Assembly (NCBI RefSeq): GCF_018977255.1
Contig: NW_024704772.1
Coordinates: forward strand, 930,001 to 994,000
Source of the DNA: Callorhinchus milii
Lineage: Eukaryota
Direction of reading: 5' to 3'
Length of the DNA: 64,000 nucleotides
Both the position numbers and the translations under genes were made by a program. A model generated the notes under the pieces. It had not been told where the DNA came from and did no database searches. It was given only the letters and a program-made list of their open reading frames with translations. Shown one piece after another: positions 47,921-59,883 of the stretch (positions are counted from its first letter, which is position 1; every line of letters begins with the position of its first letter).

Positions 47921-48806
47921 ATGAATCTTGTTTACTTGCTCTGAGCTCCTGGTACAGGAGGAATCAGCGTTGGAGCCTGACAGGAGGATAGGGGTGGAGG
48001 TTGGGAATTGGCTGTAAACTTGCGAGCAACATGGCTGTGAGAAGCTTTCATCCCCAGCCACTGGACACCTTCCTCTCTCCCACTGAAGCCATGTGAAGCT
48101 GTCTGTCTTGAGGTTTGAGGCAACCAGCTGGGATGGGAATGAAGATCAGCATCAGCCTGGACCCAGACTCGCTGTCGTAGGGACTGGACAGACTGGGGAG
48201 GTTTTTTTCCTCTCACACACGATGACATTTATCCCCTTTTTTTCTCCACCAGCCCCATCAACGCTTCCACCTCCTCCTTCTCCTACGTTTTCTCTCTCGC
48301 TCGCCTTCACACACCCCCCCCACCCCCACCTTTCTGAGAAAAGAAAAACAAACCAACGAAAAATGGGAGCCTGCTGCTGGAACCTCTGAACCATCATGGT
48401 CTTAAATAACAAGGACTTTTGCTTCACTTTGAGAAAAGATTCTCTTTGAAAGGATTCTGGTCGGTCGGTCTCTTTCTGCCTCGACTGGATTCGGTCACAT
48501 TTCATTTCCTTTCATTGTAAAACACCTGGACAGTGCGTTGATGCAATCTTTGGAGGTATTTGAAGTGGACATTCTGCGGTGTCTCTTTTGTTGACTGTGT
48601 GTTTGTATATAGATATATATTATATATATATTTTTGAGCCTTTGATGCAACGTGCACAGCTACTGAATCCTCTGGCGCAGAATTCTTGACATGAATACTG
48701 TTTTTGGTGCCTGCCAAGTGGAATTAAATTGAAGCGGAGCGTTTTCTGCTGTGGCTTTTTTAAATTTCCACCACGTTTCCAGACAATAAGCTGCAAAAAA
48801 AAAACA

Positions 48807-51800
48807 ATGAGCTGTGTTCCCTGGAAAGGAGACAAGTTGAAATTGGAGTCTGATTTTCAGCCTCCCCTTCTGATATACCACGAGAAGCAGAGGAGAGAGC
48901 TGTGTGCACTTCACGCCCTCAACAACGTGTTCCAGGATGGGAGAGCGTTCACCCGGGAGACCTTGCAGGAGATTTTCCAAAGGTAAAGTACCTGACTTGA
49001 GAGAAATATAGTGCAGGTTGCATTTTGTCAGCTTGGTTCAGTTGGTAGCGCTCTCGCCTCTGGGTCAGAAGGTTGCGGGTCAAAGCTCCACTTTGGGTCT
49101 TGAGGCCATAGTCCAGGCTGACGCTCCAACACGGTACCAGGTAGAGCACTGAATTTTCGAAGACGCCGTCCTTCAAATGAGGCCCAAGCGACTTGTTCAG
49201 CCGGTCGCTAAGCATCTCATGGCGCAATTTCCCAAAGTGTCCCGGCCAACTATCCTGCAGATAAAATTGGCCATTCGCTTCATGGGCTGTTTGTGGGATG
49301 TTGTGGTGTGCAAATTGGCTGCCGCGGCTCCTGACAAATACACAGACACTTTGCCTTGCAGTAAATCCCGTGAAGCGCTTTGAGACGCAAGGCATTGTTT
49401 CGTATGCAAGCATTATTATGGCCGTTTGTGGGACTTCGCTGTGCACAAAATGGCTGGCTTGTTTGCCTACAAAGAACTGTCACTACACTAGACTGTAATT
49501 ACCTATGAAGCTCTTTGGGATCTTTTGACGTTTTAGCCATTGTATGAAATGTCCGTTCATGTTTTTCTAAATTATAGGTAGAACTTAAGTTAACCATTTT
49601 GGTTAGTACAGGGGATTTTTTCACCAAATCCTTTTATTAGTGTAAAAGCCGCCCAAGCTTCTGTTTTTATCAAAATCAATGTTAGGAGAATGGGAGTCCT
49701 GGAAAACTATATATGTCTGTGTTAGCTTGAGGTACATTAATATTTCAGCGTGATTTTTTTAATTATTTAGATATGTTTACATCTCGTGTGTGTGAATAAT
49801 TTGTGGGGCTTTTGTCTGCGGAAACCAGCAGTGTTTTGATTCAACCATTGCATGCACGAATATCCAGTGAGTGACATTGGCGCTGAATTCACCCGGTGTC
49901 CACCCGCAAACACAACCCTCCAGCAGGAATAGTGGGAAGGCTCAATGTTGTGTGTCCACGCGCCACTGATGTTGCCTCTTACCTGAATGAAAATGTTTAG
50001 CTTACACAGTCACTACATTTGACAGCAGTTGTCTATGAAGTGTTATGAGACGCTCAGGAGCTATATGAAATGGAAGGATTGTCATAAATGAACAGATCAA
50101 AACAAATCCTGCATATGTACGTATGGTTTCCATTTGCCCGCTATGGAGTACGTGCGCACACACACACACACTCTTTCTCTCTCTCTCTCCAATTGCCGTG
50201 ACATTAAACATTTGTGCAACTGACAGTTTTTTTTTTTCCCCCCACCCCCACCTCCCCGGCCTTCTCTATTTCAATTGCTTTTCTCTTTCTTGCCCACGTG
50301 AGCTCCCGCAACGTGTTAGAACGCTGAGCTCGTATCACAAGTGGAGCTTGGCAAACAGAGCGATGCAGTGGTGTGGTTCCACCTTTTCTCAGTTCCTGTC
50401 GCTCCCACAAAGTTGCCTAATCGCTGAGCTGTTCTGGAACACCCTGCCTTGTTGATTAGGTCATTGCAACAACAACAACTTGCAGGGTAATGTCCTAGAG
50501 TGCTTGACAGTGGCGGAGCACGCACAGCGCCACTCGCTAACCCCCACCCTACAGGACTTGTGAATATATTGAATGAGCTGTATCAGACCCGCCCGGCCTG
50601 AGCTGTCTCCAGCATGTGGTGAGCCAGTGCTGTCTGTCTTCATCGCTCGCTTCTCTGCCATTGGCTGGCGGGCCTTCAGCCTCTCTGCACCCACCCTCTG
50701 GAACTCCATCCCACAGTCCCTCCGCCTCGCCCTGTCCCTTGTCTCCTTCAAGGCCCATCTCAAGACCCTCCTCTTCGACTGGGCCTTCGGTCAGCCTCCT
50801 ACCTCTATCCTCCCCTCCTGATCCCAACCCCCAGCTTGGCTGCGGATCCCTGACTGTCCAGCGCTTTGGGACGTCCTCCTGACGTGTAAATGTAACTTCT
50901 TGTTGTTGCTGCTGCCCAGGCTGTCCCCGAACACTATGGTCACCCCGCACAAGAAGAGCATGCTGGGAACGGGCAACTACGATGTCAACGTGATCATGGC
51001 CGCGCTGCAGACGAAGGGCTACGAAGCCGTTTGGTGGGACAAGCGAAGGTAATCACGTGGCCTTCAACCATCTCCCCCCCCCCCCCCCCCCCGCCACCCC
51101 CCGTTACTACCTCCACCTCCCGTTGGCTTGACTCGGTCACTCTTCACCTCCGGGTGATGATCGGGGTTGAGGTACAGAGATTGTTGGTTCAAGCACTCCC
51201 CCCCTCAATAGTAATAATAATCCTTGCAATTGACACAGCGCCTTATCACGTCTTCGAGACGTCTCAAAGCGCTTCACAGGACACACTGTAAAGTGAATTA
51301 ACTGACTATTTTGTGGTCCCAGCACATTGAGCACACTGTTCAGGCTCTCTCTCCCTGTGGAAGAAATGGAGGTGGGGGTGGTGGGGGGGCCTCTGCTTGT
51401 TCAAAAATGTCCTTTGGGCGAGACGTTAAACCCCAGAAATGTATGACTTGTTTGGCCCATTATTTTGTGTTGGAGTTTGTTCCTCCAAGACGTCTTTCCT
51501 AATCCCTGCTCTTTCCCACCCCCACTTTCCCCCCCACCCCCCAATACCTGTCCTTGACTTGTGCTTGTCCAATTCTTTTTTAAATGCCTCTCCCCACAAT
51601 CATCTGTGCTCTAACCGCTGGCAAAACAGCCCATTCTAACCGCCCTCTGGGAATACAAGTTCTTCCAAACCTCTCCTTTTTACTCCCCTACTCCCAATTC
51701 AAGCCTGTTCATCCTCAAACCGAGGGAAAAGGGATCAGAGATATCAAACACAATTGGTTGCCACGTTACGCCCACAAAATGTATCGTCAATTCACTTTAC

Positions 51801-54130
51801 AGTCTATTCTGTGGTTTGAGATATCACAAAGGCGCTGTATCAAATGCAAGGATTATTTTTAAACCAAGTGTTATGTGGAATTCTGTGTTCCCTGAGCTCC
51901 CTCCCTCCCTCTCGCTCCATATTACCAGCTGACTCAGCCACTGTTTCCTGAGTTCATCTCAACACAGTGTGAGCCAAAGCTATGATGAGTCAACTGTAAA
52001 AGTAATTACCGTGTGTGGGTGGGTGAGAAAAGGTAGGACTGTCGAGCGCTCGCTGGCACGTCAGGGGTTAAAACAGCTTGGTTTTTTTTTAAACGTTAAA
52101 AAAAATTGAGTCCGGATTAATTCCCTCTTATTATCTCTCTCCCGGTTGGGCTTATTAAAAAGCTTAATTTGCAGGGAATGCAAAATGCTCAATGGGAATT
52201 GGTTTGGAAAAGGCCACTGAGCTCGACTGTGCGAGGCAGTCACGCAAATGTCAGTTTGTAGTCATTAACCCGAGGGACGTGGCTGCTTGTTCGGTTTTGC
52301 TTGCACGGTCCGGCTCATTGCTGCTTTGTAGACAGCTCCCCCGTCCCCACCTGACATTGCATTGCTCATCATTTGCATAAAGGGAACTAAAGCCCACAGA
52401 ATTCCTCGTGGTCTCAGGCTGCGAGGCCGTTCTTGCCTCCGGGATATTTAGGACGACGCACAATGGTGGAAAAATCTTCAATCGGCTCTCGATTCGGAAG
52501 GAAGCCAGTATTATATAATGGCTGCTGCGTTACCCTACAAATACAGTTGTTACAGTAATTACCGTGAGGATATTTTGAGATAAGGTACTAATGCAATGTT
52601 CAAAAATTCACCAACAAAATGATAGTCAATTCACTTTACATTTTATTCTGTGAAGCGCTTTGCGACGTCTCGAAGACTTGATAAGGCGCTATATCAAATG
52701 CAAGGATTATTATTGTAAGACTATATGTGCTTAGTTTACATTTCTGTTCTCCTGCAGAGATTTCACTGTGCAAACCCCTCCCCTCTCCCACCCGCGAGCA
52801 ATGGAAGCAAAGATTCTTTCAAAATGATTTCATTTCCAGCAAAATTTCAATTCCTCCCCTTTACAGCTGTGATGTGCCCTGACAGCCGATGCTAATGCCC
52901 ATTATTTCTGGCTCTTTGAATCCCCCTCCCCCACCCCCCATTAATCAGAGAGCCACAAGAGATGCCACAGTCACAGCAGGGCACATCTGTACTGTAGAAG
53001 ATGTAGGCAAGTGTAATCTGCCTCGACATCTGTGTCTGTGTGTGTTGTATACATTGGGTTAGTGACTGTGTGTGCGGACGCTGCTGTGCGCAATTGGCTG
53101 CCGCTTTTCGCCCACAATATATATAGGCAACTCTCTTTACCGTATATTCTGTGAAGCGCTTTGAGACGTCTCGAAGACGTGATAAGGCTCTGTATCAAAT
53201 GCCAGGATTATTATAATAGTGCAGTCGATGGTATAACCTCCCTTGCACCTTTGGGAAGCTGAGATATTATATTATATTGTTGACTGCTGTGTCCTAATCC
53301 CTGTTGTTCCTGTTGCAGAGACGTTAACACTATTGCTCTTTCGAATGTGATGGGTTTCATTATGAACATCCCGTCCAGCCTGTGTTGGGGTCCGGTGAAA
53401 CTCCCCCTCAAGCGGCAGCACTGGATCTGCGTGCGGGAAGTGGGAGGTATCTACTACAACTTGGACTCCAAGCTGAAAGTGCCGGAGCAGATCGGGAGCA
53501 AGGACGAGCTCAGGTTAATTGACTGGGGGGGTGGGTGGAGTGGGAATTAAAGGGGAAGTGAGAAAAAAATACATCATCCTTAACACAGAGAGTGGTGGGA
53601 ATCTCAGCCATTATTAACAATAACAATGATCCTTGCCTTTGAAATAGAGTCTTATCGCATCTTCACGCGTCTCAAAACACTTCACAGAATATACTAACAT
53701 ATGTGTTAATATATTAACCAGAATCAAAGCAAAAATTGTTTACAAATGTAAAGATTGATGTTTGAAGGTGAGGAATATTAAAGGGTAAGGGGGAGCGAAT
53801 GGGACGAGATTTGATGCTTTATTGTGAGTGGTGGAATTAAAGGGTAGGTGAGAGATAAAAATACACCATCCTTTACACAGAGTGTGGTGGGAAACTGGTG
53901 CTCTTAGCCATTAACCAGAGTCAAAGCAAAATCTGTGATTTTACTGTGGGGGTGGAATTCAAGGGGAAGTGAGACAAACAAGATTTTAAAGCTGATCATT
54001 TTGTTTTCCTCTCTCTCTCTCTCTCTGCAGAAAGTTTCTGAAACACCAGTTAAGGGGGAAGAACTGTGAACTCCTATTAGTGGTAACTGAGGAGGTTGAG
54101 GTGCAACAGAGCTGGAGAACAGGTGGCTGA
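48807..54130 (+). CDS. JOSD1: Josephin-1 deubiquitinase, 199 aa
   Basis: Exons: 48807-48982 ([31 protein letters not shown], catalytic Cys), 50920-51048 ([12 protein letters not shown]), 53319-53513 ([15 protein letters not shown], catalytic His/Asp), 54031-54130 (NCELLLVV..*). Total 600 nt. The N-terminal [10 protein letters not shown] is JOSD1-type. Confidence 0.95.
49027..49418 (+). mobile_element. SINE family A, full-length copy
   Basis: GTCAGCTTGGTTCAGTTGGTAGCGCTCTCGCCTCTGGGTCAGAAGG head and the shared tail. Confidence 0.8.
50640..50912 (+). mobile_element. L2 LINE 3' fragment abutting the second JOSD1 coding exon
   Basis: [34 protein letters not shown] plus tail. Confidence 0.8.
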
Positions 54131-57059
54131 CATTACTAAGCTCTGTCTAGCTCTGAACCTGACAGACAGACACACAGAGGGACAGGACACCCTCACAATC
54201 TCCTGATTCCAGAAGACTCTCTTTATTATAGTGCGCTAGTCTTTTTTTTTACTACGTCTGGATCTCTCTTCAATGGCCTGGATGACTTAACAGAGGATTC
54301 TACAAGAAGGGCTGGTTTCACAATCTGGAAAAGGAAGGAAGAAAGAAAAAAAAAATGATCAGCGTGTGTAAATATTACTTGTTCGTGGCGAGAGGGACAT
54401 AAGCCGCATGGAGTTGTTTGTCGATTGCCGATTGGGAATGAAAGGTGTAGGATAAGTACTTGACAAAGATTTACACCCAGAAATACTTATTTGTGTTGGG
54501 GTGGGTGGGAGAGAAAAGAGAGAATGTGGGTCTCTTTTTTTATATACATATATATATATCAAAAAACAAGCAATGTCAGAAATGTTGAGGTGAGCACATG
54601 AGAGTGAGAGAGAGAGAGGGGCCAGAACCAAAGTTAATCCAATACTTTGAACACAGTGACGCACAACTTCGCAAAAGATTCTAATGAAACGTTTTGCTCT
54701 GGGATTGGGAGCTGTCCAGTCTCTTTATGTTTCCCGCCCTCTCATTTTCTTTCTCTCTCTCTCTCTCCCCCCACCCCCCCCCAAGCCCATCGCTCCCTCC
54801 CCTCCTTGTTCTTTCTCTTGTTTCTAACCCTCACTACCACACAACCCCCAATTCAGCAATGGCTCGTAAACACTTACCCAAGATTTACACTCACCATAAC
54901 ACTATGGAGAGGGAAGGGAGGGCTGGGTGGGTGAGTTGGTGTGTCAAGTACAGTTGTTCCTACCCAGCAGTGGCACTGCTTCGGATTGAGTATTTGGCTA
55001 CCTGCTTTTCCTCCTTCCCCCCCCCCCCCCCCCCAGTTGCCAGGTACTAATGTTTCCAAAGCTGTTGCCAATCTGGTTGCAATGAAATTCAGAGGGGGGT
55101 AAGTTGGAAATTGCAGATATTGGCTCCAAAGTACATTGGGAGTGTGGTTTCCCCTCCTAATCTGGTTGGTATTACTCCCTTTTGGTTTCCTCTTTAACTG
55201 TCCGTTAGAAAGCACCACATGTTAAACTGTAATGTTTAGCGGTGGGGGTGTTATATAAAAGGTCTGCTCCTGTTGAGCGGGTGAGATGTTCAGAGTTTGT
55301 CGCTGAAGTCTATCGGGATTTACGTTTGATAGGTTAAAGTTTGTTAACGTTGCTGGTTCCTTCACTCTTGTTCAGTTTGGGGAATGTGTGCGTGTGTGTA
55401 TGTGTGGGGTGGGGTTGGGAAATCAAATAGCTGAGTACTTGATCACCAGCTCAAAAGATGCTCTGTGCGGTGGTGGGTTTGGGCTACAGCCAATGGGGTT
55501 TCCCCAATGTAAAGCCCTTGTTTGATACTTGACATGAGATGCTTCGAAATTCACTAACTGTATCACCAACGATTGTGCCTTCAATGTACACCCTCTTCCC
55601 CGTTCCACCTGTGTTTATTTTGAAACGTTAAACTGTTGTGTTTTGAGAAAGCCTCCATATTGTGTGTGTGTGTGTGTGTGTGTTTCCCTCTCTCTCTGTG
55701 TCCGAAGAGCCCTTTCTTATTCATCAACAACGATTAATAAAGGCATGGTCTGACCGTGAGCATGTTCTGGCCCTTTGGCTGCTGTTGCTGTCTCGAGCAG
55801 TTTGGACACTTTATGAGCGATCAGGTTGTTTGCTGGGGAGAAAATTCCACAGATCCCACATTTTGGAAGTGGGGAACTGGAGAAGACACGTGACGAGGGG
55901 ATTCTAAACACATTTCCGAATGACAAAATATTTCCGCTGTCAGTCGCTGTTTCCATCTCTCTCTATCTCTTCCCCCTCGCTTTATCTCTCTCGCTTTGTC
56001 TTACATGAGGATCTATAGTTGTAGAAACCCAGCACGAAAACATTTCAGTGAGTCACCGAGTCTTGTGAAATACCTTGGCACTCTTCAAAACTGACCTTTT
56101 TATGCTAACCTTTCTGTGTGTGTGTGTCTCTGTCTCTCTCTCTCTCTCTCAAAACCAGGAAAAAGCCATGTAATATACTATTGTGCAATGTTTTATTTGT
56201 TGGGTCCTTTTTGATCGACTTATTTCGGGAAGGTTTTAGGGCCAGGTGGAGGGAGGGCGGTTAGAGGTCCTGAGTGGGAGCAGTTAATGTACACTGAGAT
56301 AATTGCGCGAGAGAGCAAAAGTAGGGGAGAGAATTGAGTGGAGAATGTCACACACACACCTTTAATTAATCGAAGTTGAGGAGTGGTTGGGAGACTCAAC
56401 TAGTGGCTATGTTATCGTGTGTATACGCGCACACTTGAGAAAGAAAATGGAAACCGTATCACTTCATTCTACGCGGTGCCCAAAAAGTCCTGTGTGCCAC
56501 CATGTTTTGTTTTCTACGGTGCACTGACCCAAACACTGAAACTGGAAGAATGTTGATGATAATTGTATTTAGAAGTTACTTTATTGTATTCAGTACAAGT
56601 GTTTAACTGTATTTAGACGTCTAGAAGATCGGGGGGTGTGTGCGTGCGTGTGTGTGAGAGCCCCATCATTTTCGTGGGAGATAATGATCTGTCGCCATGA
56701 TATCTTCTGTCACGTGGACGGACGGAGTGAGAGACGAGGAAGGTTCTGGTATCAGACATTGTTCCACTCAATTCGCCTGGAAAAATTCATCGTCAGAAAA
56801 AAACCCCGGGGCGGTGTGGGGTGGGGTTGGTAGCAGGTCTTCGGGAACACCCCCTGTACTCAATCCAGAGCTGGGTTCGATCCAAGATAAGGTCAAACAG
56901 ACACGTTGATATCTCAGTATTGTACGTCGCACTTTGCTCTTTTCTTTCCCAGTCCCCTCTGCGTAAGGTGTGGACGGTGACAGTTAATGTTGAACACTAT
57001 ATGTTTGGGTGATAATTGTGAGGATTTTTTTTTAAAAAATTGATGTTCAGGGCCACAGA

Positions 57060-57065
57060 AATAAA
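57060..57065 (+). terminator. Candidate JOSD1 polyadenylation signal
   Basis: AATAAA at the end of about 2.9 kb of U-rich, SINE-free, 3'UTR-like sequence downstream of the JOSD1 stop. Confidence 0.5.
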
Positions 57066-57509
57066 TTATGGGTTTCTAACCGACACCTCCAAACCTTTCC
57101 TCGACCATTTGTTTTATTTGCATATATATATATATAGATATATAGCTGTTTAGTGTAATTGAAGGGGGTGGAGGAATCCTTCCATCGCCATGTTTTACTA
57201 CCAAACTGCTAATTGTTTTTTTTTGGGGGGGGCCTTGATATGTATTATAAAAGAAGTTCTGAGCGTGTTTCGGGAAAAAATAGTCGCAATTAAACTTCTC
57301 TGGACAACGGATGTGTTGCCGTGTTCCTCTCAGTATTGTCCTACCACAGGGGAGGTTCCACCACAGCAAAGGAGGTCAGGAGACGCTCAGGATACCGAGG
57401 AGTTTTACGAAGGTAAATAAATGGGAAGGAACTGTTGGGTTGGTAGCAAGGGGCGTATAAGTTTGAAATTGTCGTATTTTTTCTTAAAACAAAGATGGGG
57501 ACCAACCTC

Positions 57510-57812
57510 CTTTAGTGCAGCGGTTAGAGCACTCGCCTCACAAGCGAGAGGACCCGGGTCCGATGGGGCAAAACCTAAGGTACGTTTCCTGACTTCGCAC
57601 ACCTGTGTTTACCTCGCAGTCAGTCAATTGGCAGATCGTTAAAAAAAAAGTCACTCAATCCACGACGGTTTATGGGACACTGCTGCGCGCAATTGGCTGC
57701 CGTGTTTCACCCACAAGGTATACAGTCGATTCACTTTGCAGTGTGTTCTGTGAAGCGCTTTGGGATGTCCACCCGACGTGAAAAGCGCTATATCAAATGC
57801 AAGGATTATTAT
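57510..57812 (+). mobile_element. SINE family B copy
   Basis: Head, core and tail are recognisable. Confidence 0.8.
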
Positions 57813-58234
57813 ATTCTGTGGAGTGGGATTAAAGGGCCTGCTAGAAAAGTTAAGCTCAATTTTTTTTCTTCTTACGGAATTACTAAAGATGTGCTTTTTT
57901 AAAAAAATCAACGGTGCGGCATTTTTTTTAAAAGAAAAAAGTACAGTCAAAAACTTAATTTTTTTTTTCCCCCCTGGGTTGAAAAGGAGAGGAAGTGCAC
58001 TCGGGGAAAGAAAGATGCTTCGTCAGCTAACTGGCAGCGAAGCGAGACTGCGGATTTACACAGTGGCTGTAACTGCCGTCAATGTCGCTATATTCCCAGG
58101 CAACTCCGCAAATCAAACGATGTTTTAAGCGGGTTGGATGGAGGATTTATCTGCAGGATACAGGGAGGATGCAATACAACAGGAGCTTGTGAGTAACCAT
58201 GTGAGGGCTTTTCTTTTTTTTTTGGTGGTGTTCA

Positions 58235-58552
58235 TTGCAGCGCTGGGGACGCACTGAATTGTCGGAGGTGCCGCTCTTCGGGTGAGGTGTTAACCCTGAT
58301 CCCGTCTGCCCGTGCAGGTGGACGTTCAAGACCCCGCGGTGCTGTTCGAAAAGAGAAGGGAGTTTCTCTCTTCGGGTATCCTGGCCGACGAGCTCCCAAA
58401 TAAAAAGTTGCTCACTCGCTCCGTGGCTGTTTGTGGGACACTGCGGTACGCGAATTCACCCACAAAATCCAGTCCCCGGGAGCGCTTCGAATCATCTCGA
58501 CGGCGCGATAAGGCGCCGTATTAGAAACGACAATGATTATTATTATTATCTT
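58235..58552 (+). mobile_element. SINE family A copy, 5'-truncated
   Basis: GTCGGAGGTGCC..GGTGGACGTTCAAGACCCC body and the shared tail. Confidence 0.75.
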
Positions 58553-59289
58553 ATATTCTCTTGGAATTATATCCTTGGCTTCTCGAGCTGTCTGGAACCC
58601 ATTCCTCCCAAACCCGAAGAGTACAATTTTAACCGGATTAATAAAATAAATCATTGCTAATAAACTATTATTGACTGGCGGGCGCTCTTGGGCGCCACGT
58701 GTGCAGGTGCTGTACACGCATGTCAGTTCTGCCTTATCTCAGCCGTCACTGAGAAACCTTTGCCTGTAACTGGAAATGTGTCACAACGTAATGGGATGAC
58801 TCAGTCCTGAGCTGAAGCTTCTTGTAATCCAGTGGTGACCTTCTGGGCAATGGTGAATCAACTGCGATTGAGCAACTTTCAGCGCCTGGAGCTCAGTATC
58901 GCCTGTCCAGTGGGCTGACAATCACCAGACGCATCCTTGAGACGACCTTAGAAGGAGCAGATGATGAGTTGCTGATGACTCGTGACTTAGAATCACACAG
59001 CACAGAAGAGGAGGCCATTCGGCCCATCGAGCCTGCGCCGGCCCTTAGGAGAGAGCTTTCCGAATGCTCCGTGCGGACGGCGGAGGCTGAAAGCTCGGCT
59101 GACGGTGGCCAATTGGTGGGCTTGAAGCAGGCGGAAGGGGAGGGTGGGCTTTGAGGAGGTGGCAGAGGCCGGGTGGGGCAAGACCACGGAAGAGGGGCTT
59201 TGAAGGCAAAAGAGAGAGAGAGAGAGAGAGCGCAGTCTGTCTGTGTTTGGTGTAAACGCGGGTCGATGGCCGGAGTGAGGTGATGAAGG

Positions 59290-59515
59290 AGATAATAATC
59301 GTTGCGTTTGATGCAGCGCCTCATCAGGTCTCTGAGACGTCTCGAAGCGCTTATAATAATAATATACTGTATATTTTGTGGGCAAAACGTACCTAACGTT
59401 CTCTTCCCCGAACCCGACCCCGACCCCAATCCCAACCCCGACCCCAACCCCGACTCCGCCTGGGAATCAAACCCCGGTCCTCGTGCTCGCGAGGCGAGCG
59501 CTCTAACCACTGACC
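59290..59515 (-). mobile_element. SINE family B copy with an internal hexamer microsatellite
   Basis: Antisense head and tail separated by CCCGAC/CCCAAC repeats at 59407-59455. Confidence 0.7.
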
Positions 59516-59883
59516 ATTAATAATAATAATAATTCCCACGGGTGGGGTGGGGGGGGGGGGGGGGTAAGTGCTGGTGAGGGGTGGGGGGGGGGGGGGGGGG
59601 AGAGGGAATCCCCCAAACCTCACTTGGCAACATTGTAACAAAACTGTTGCCGTTTAAAGGGCAAGGAAACCCCAGAGGCGGGTGCACGCTGGAGGCGCGT
59701 GTGAGAGAGAGAGAGAGAGAGAGAGGACATGCGCCCATTGCACAGTGAGAGGGAGAGTGGGGGGGAGGGGGGGAGGGGGGGACGCGCATTACAGAGGGGG
59801 AGGGGGGGGGGGAGGCCTCGGGGACGCGCAGGTGAAAATGTTGCGCAGGAAGAAAGCTGTGGGAGTGCGGGTGAGGGCTGCGT

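Noticed and set aside
47213-48061. 282-aa Leu/Pro/Ser ORF and the opposite-strand Glu/Arg/Gly ORFs
   Set aside because: They are low-complexity GA/CT tract artefacts.
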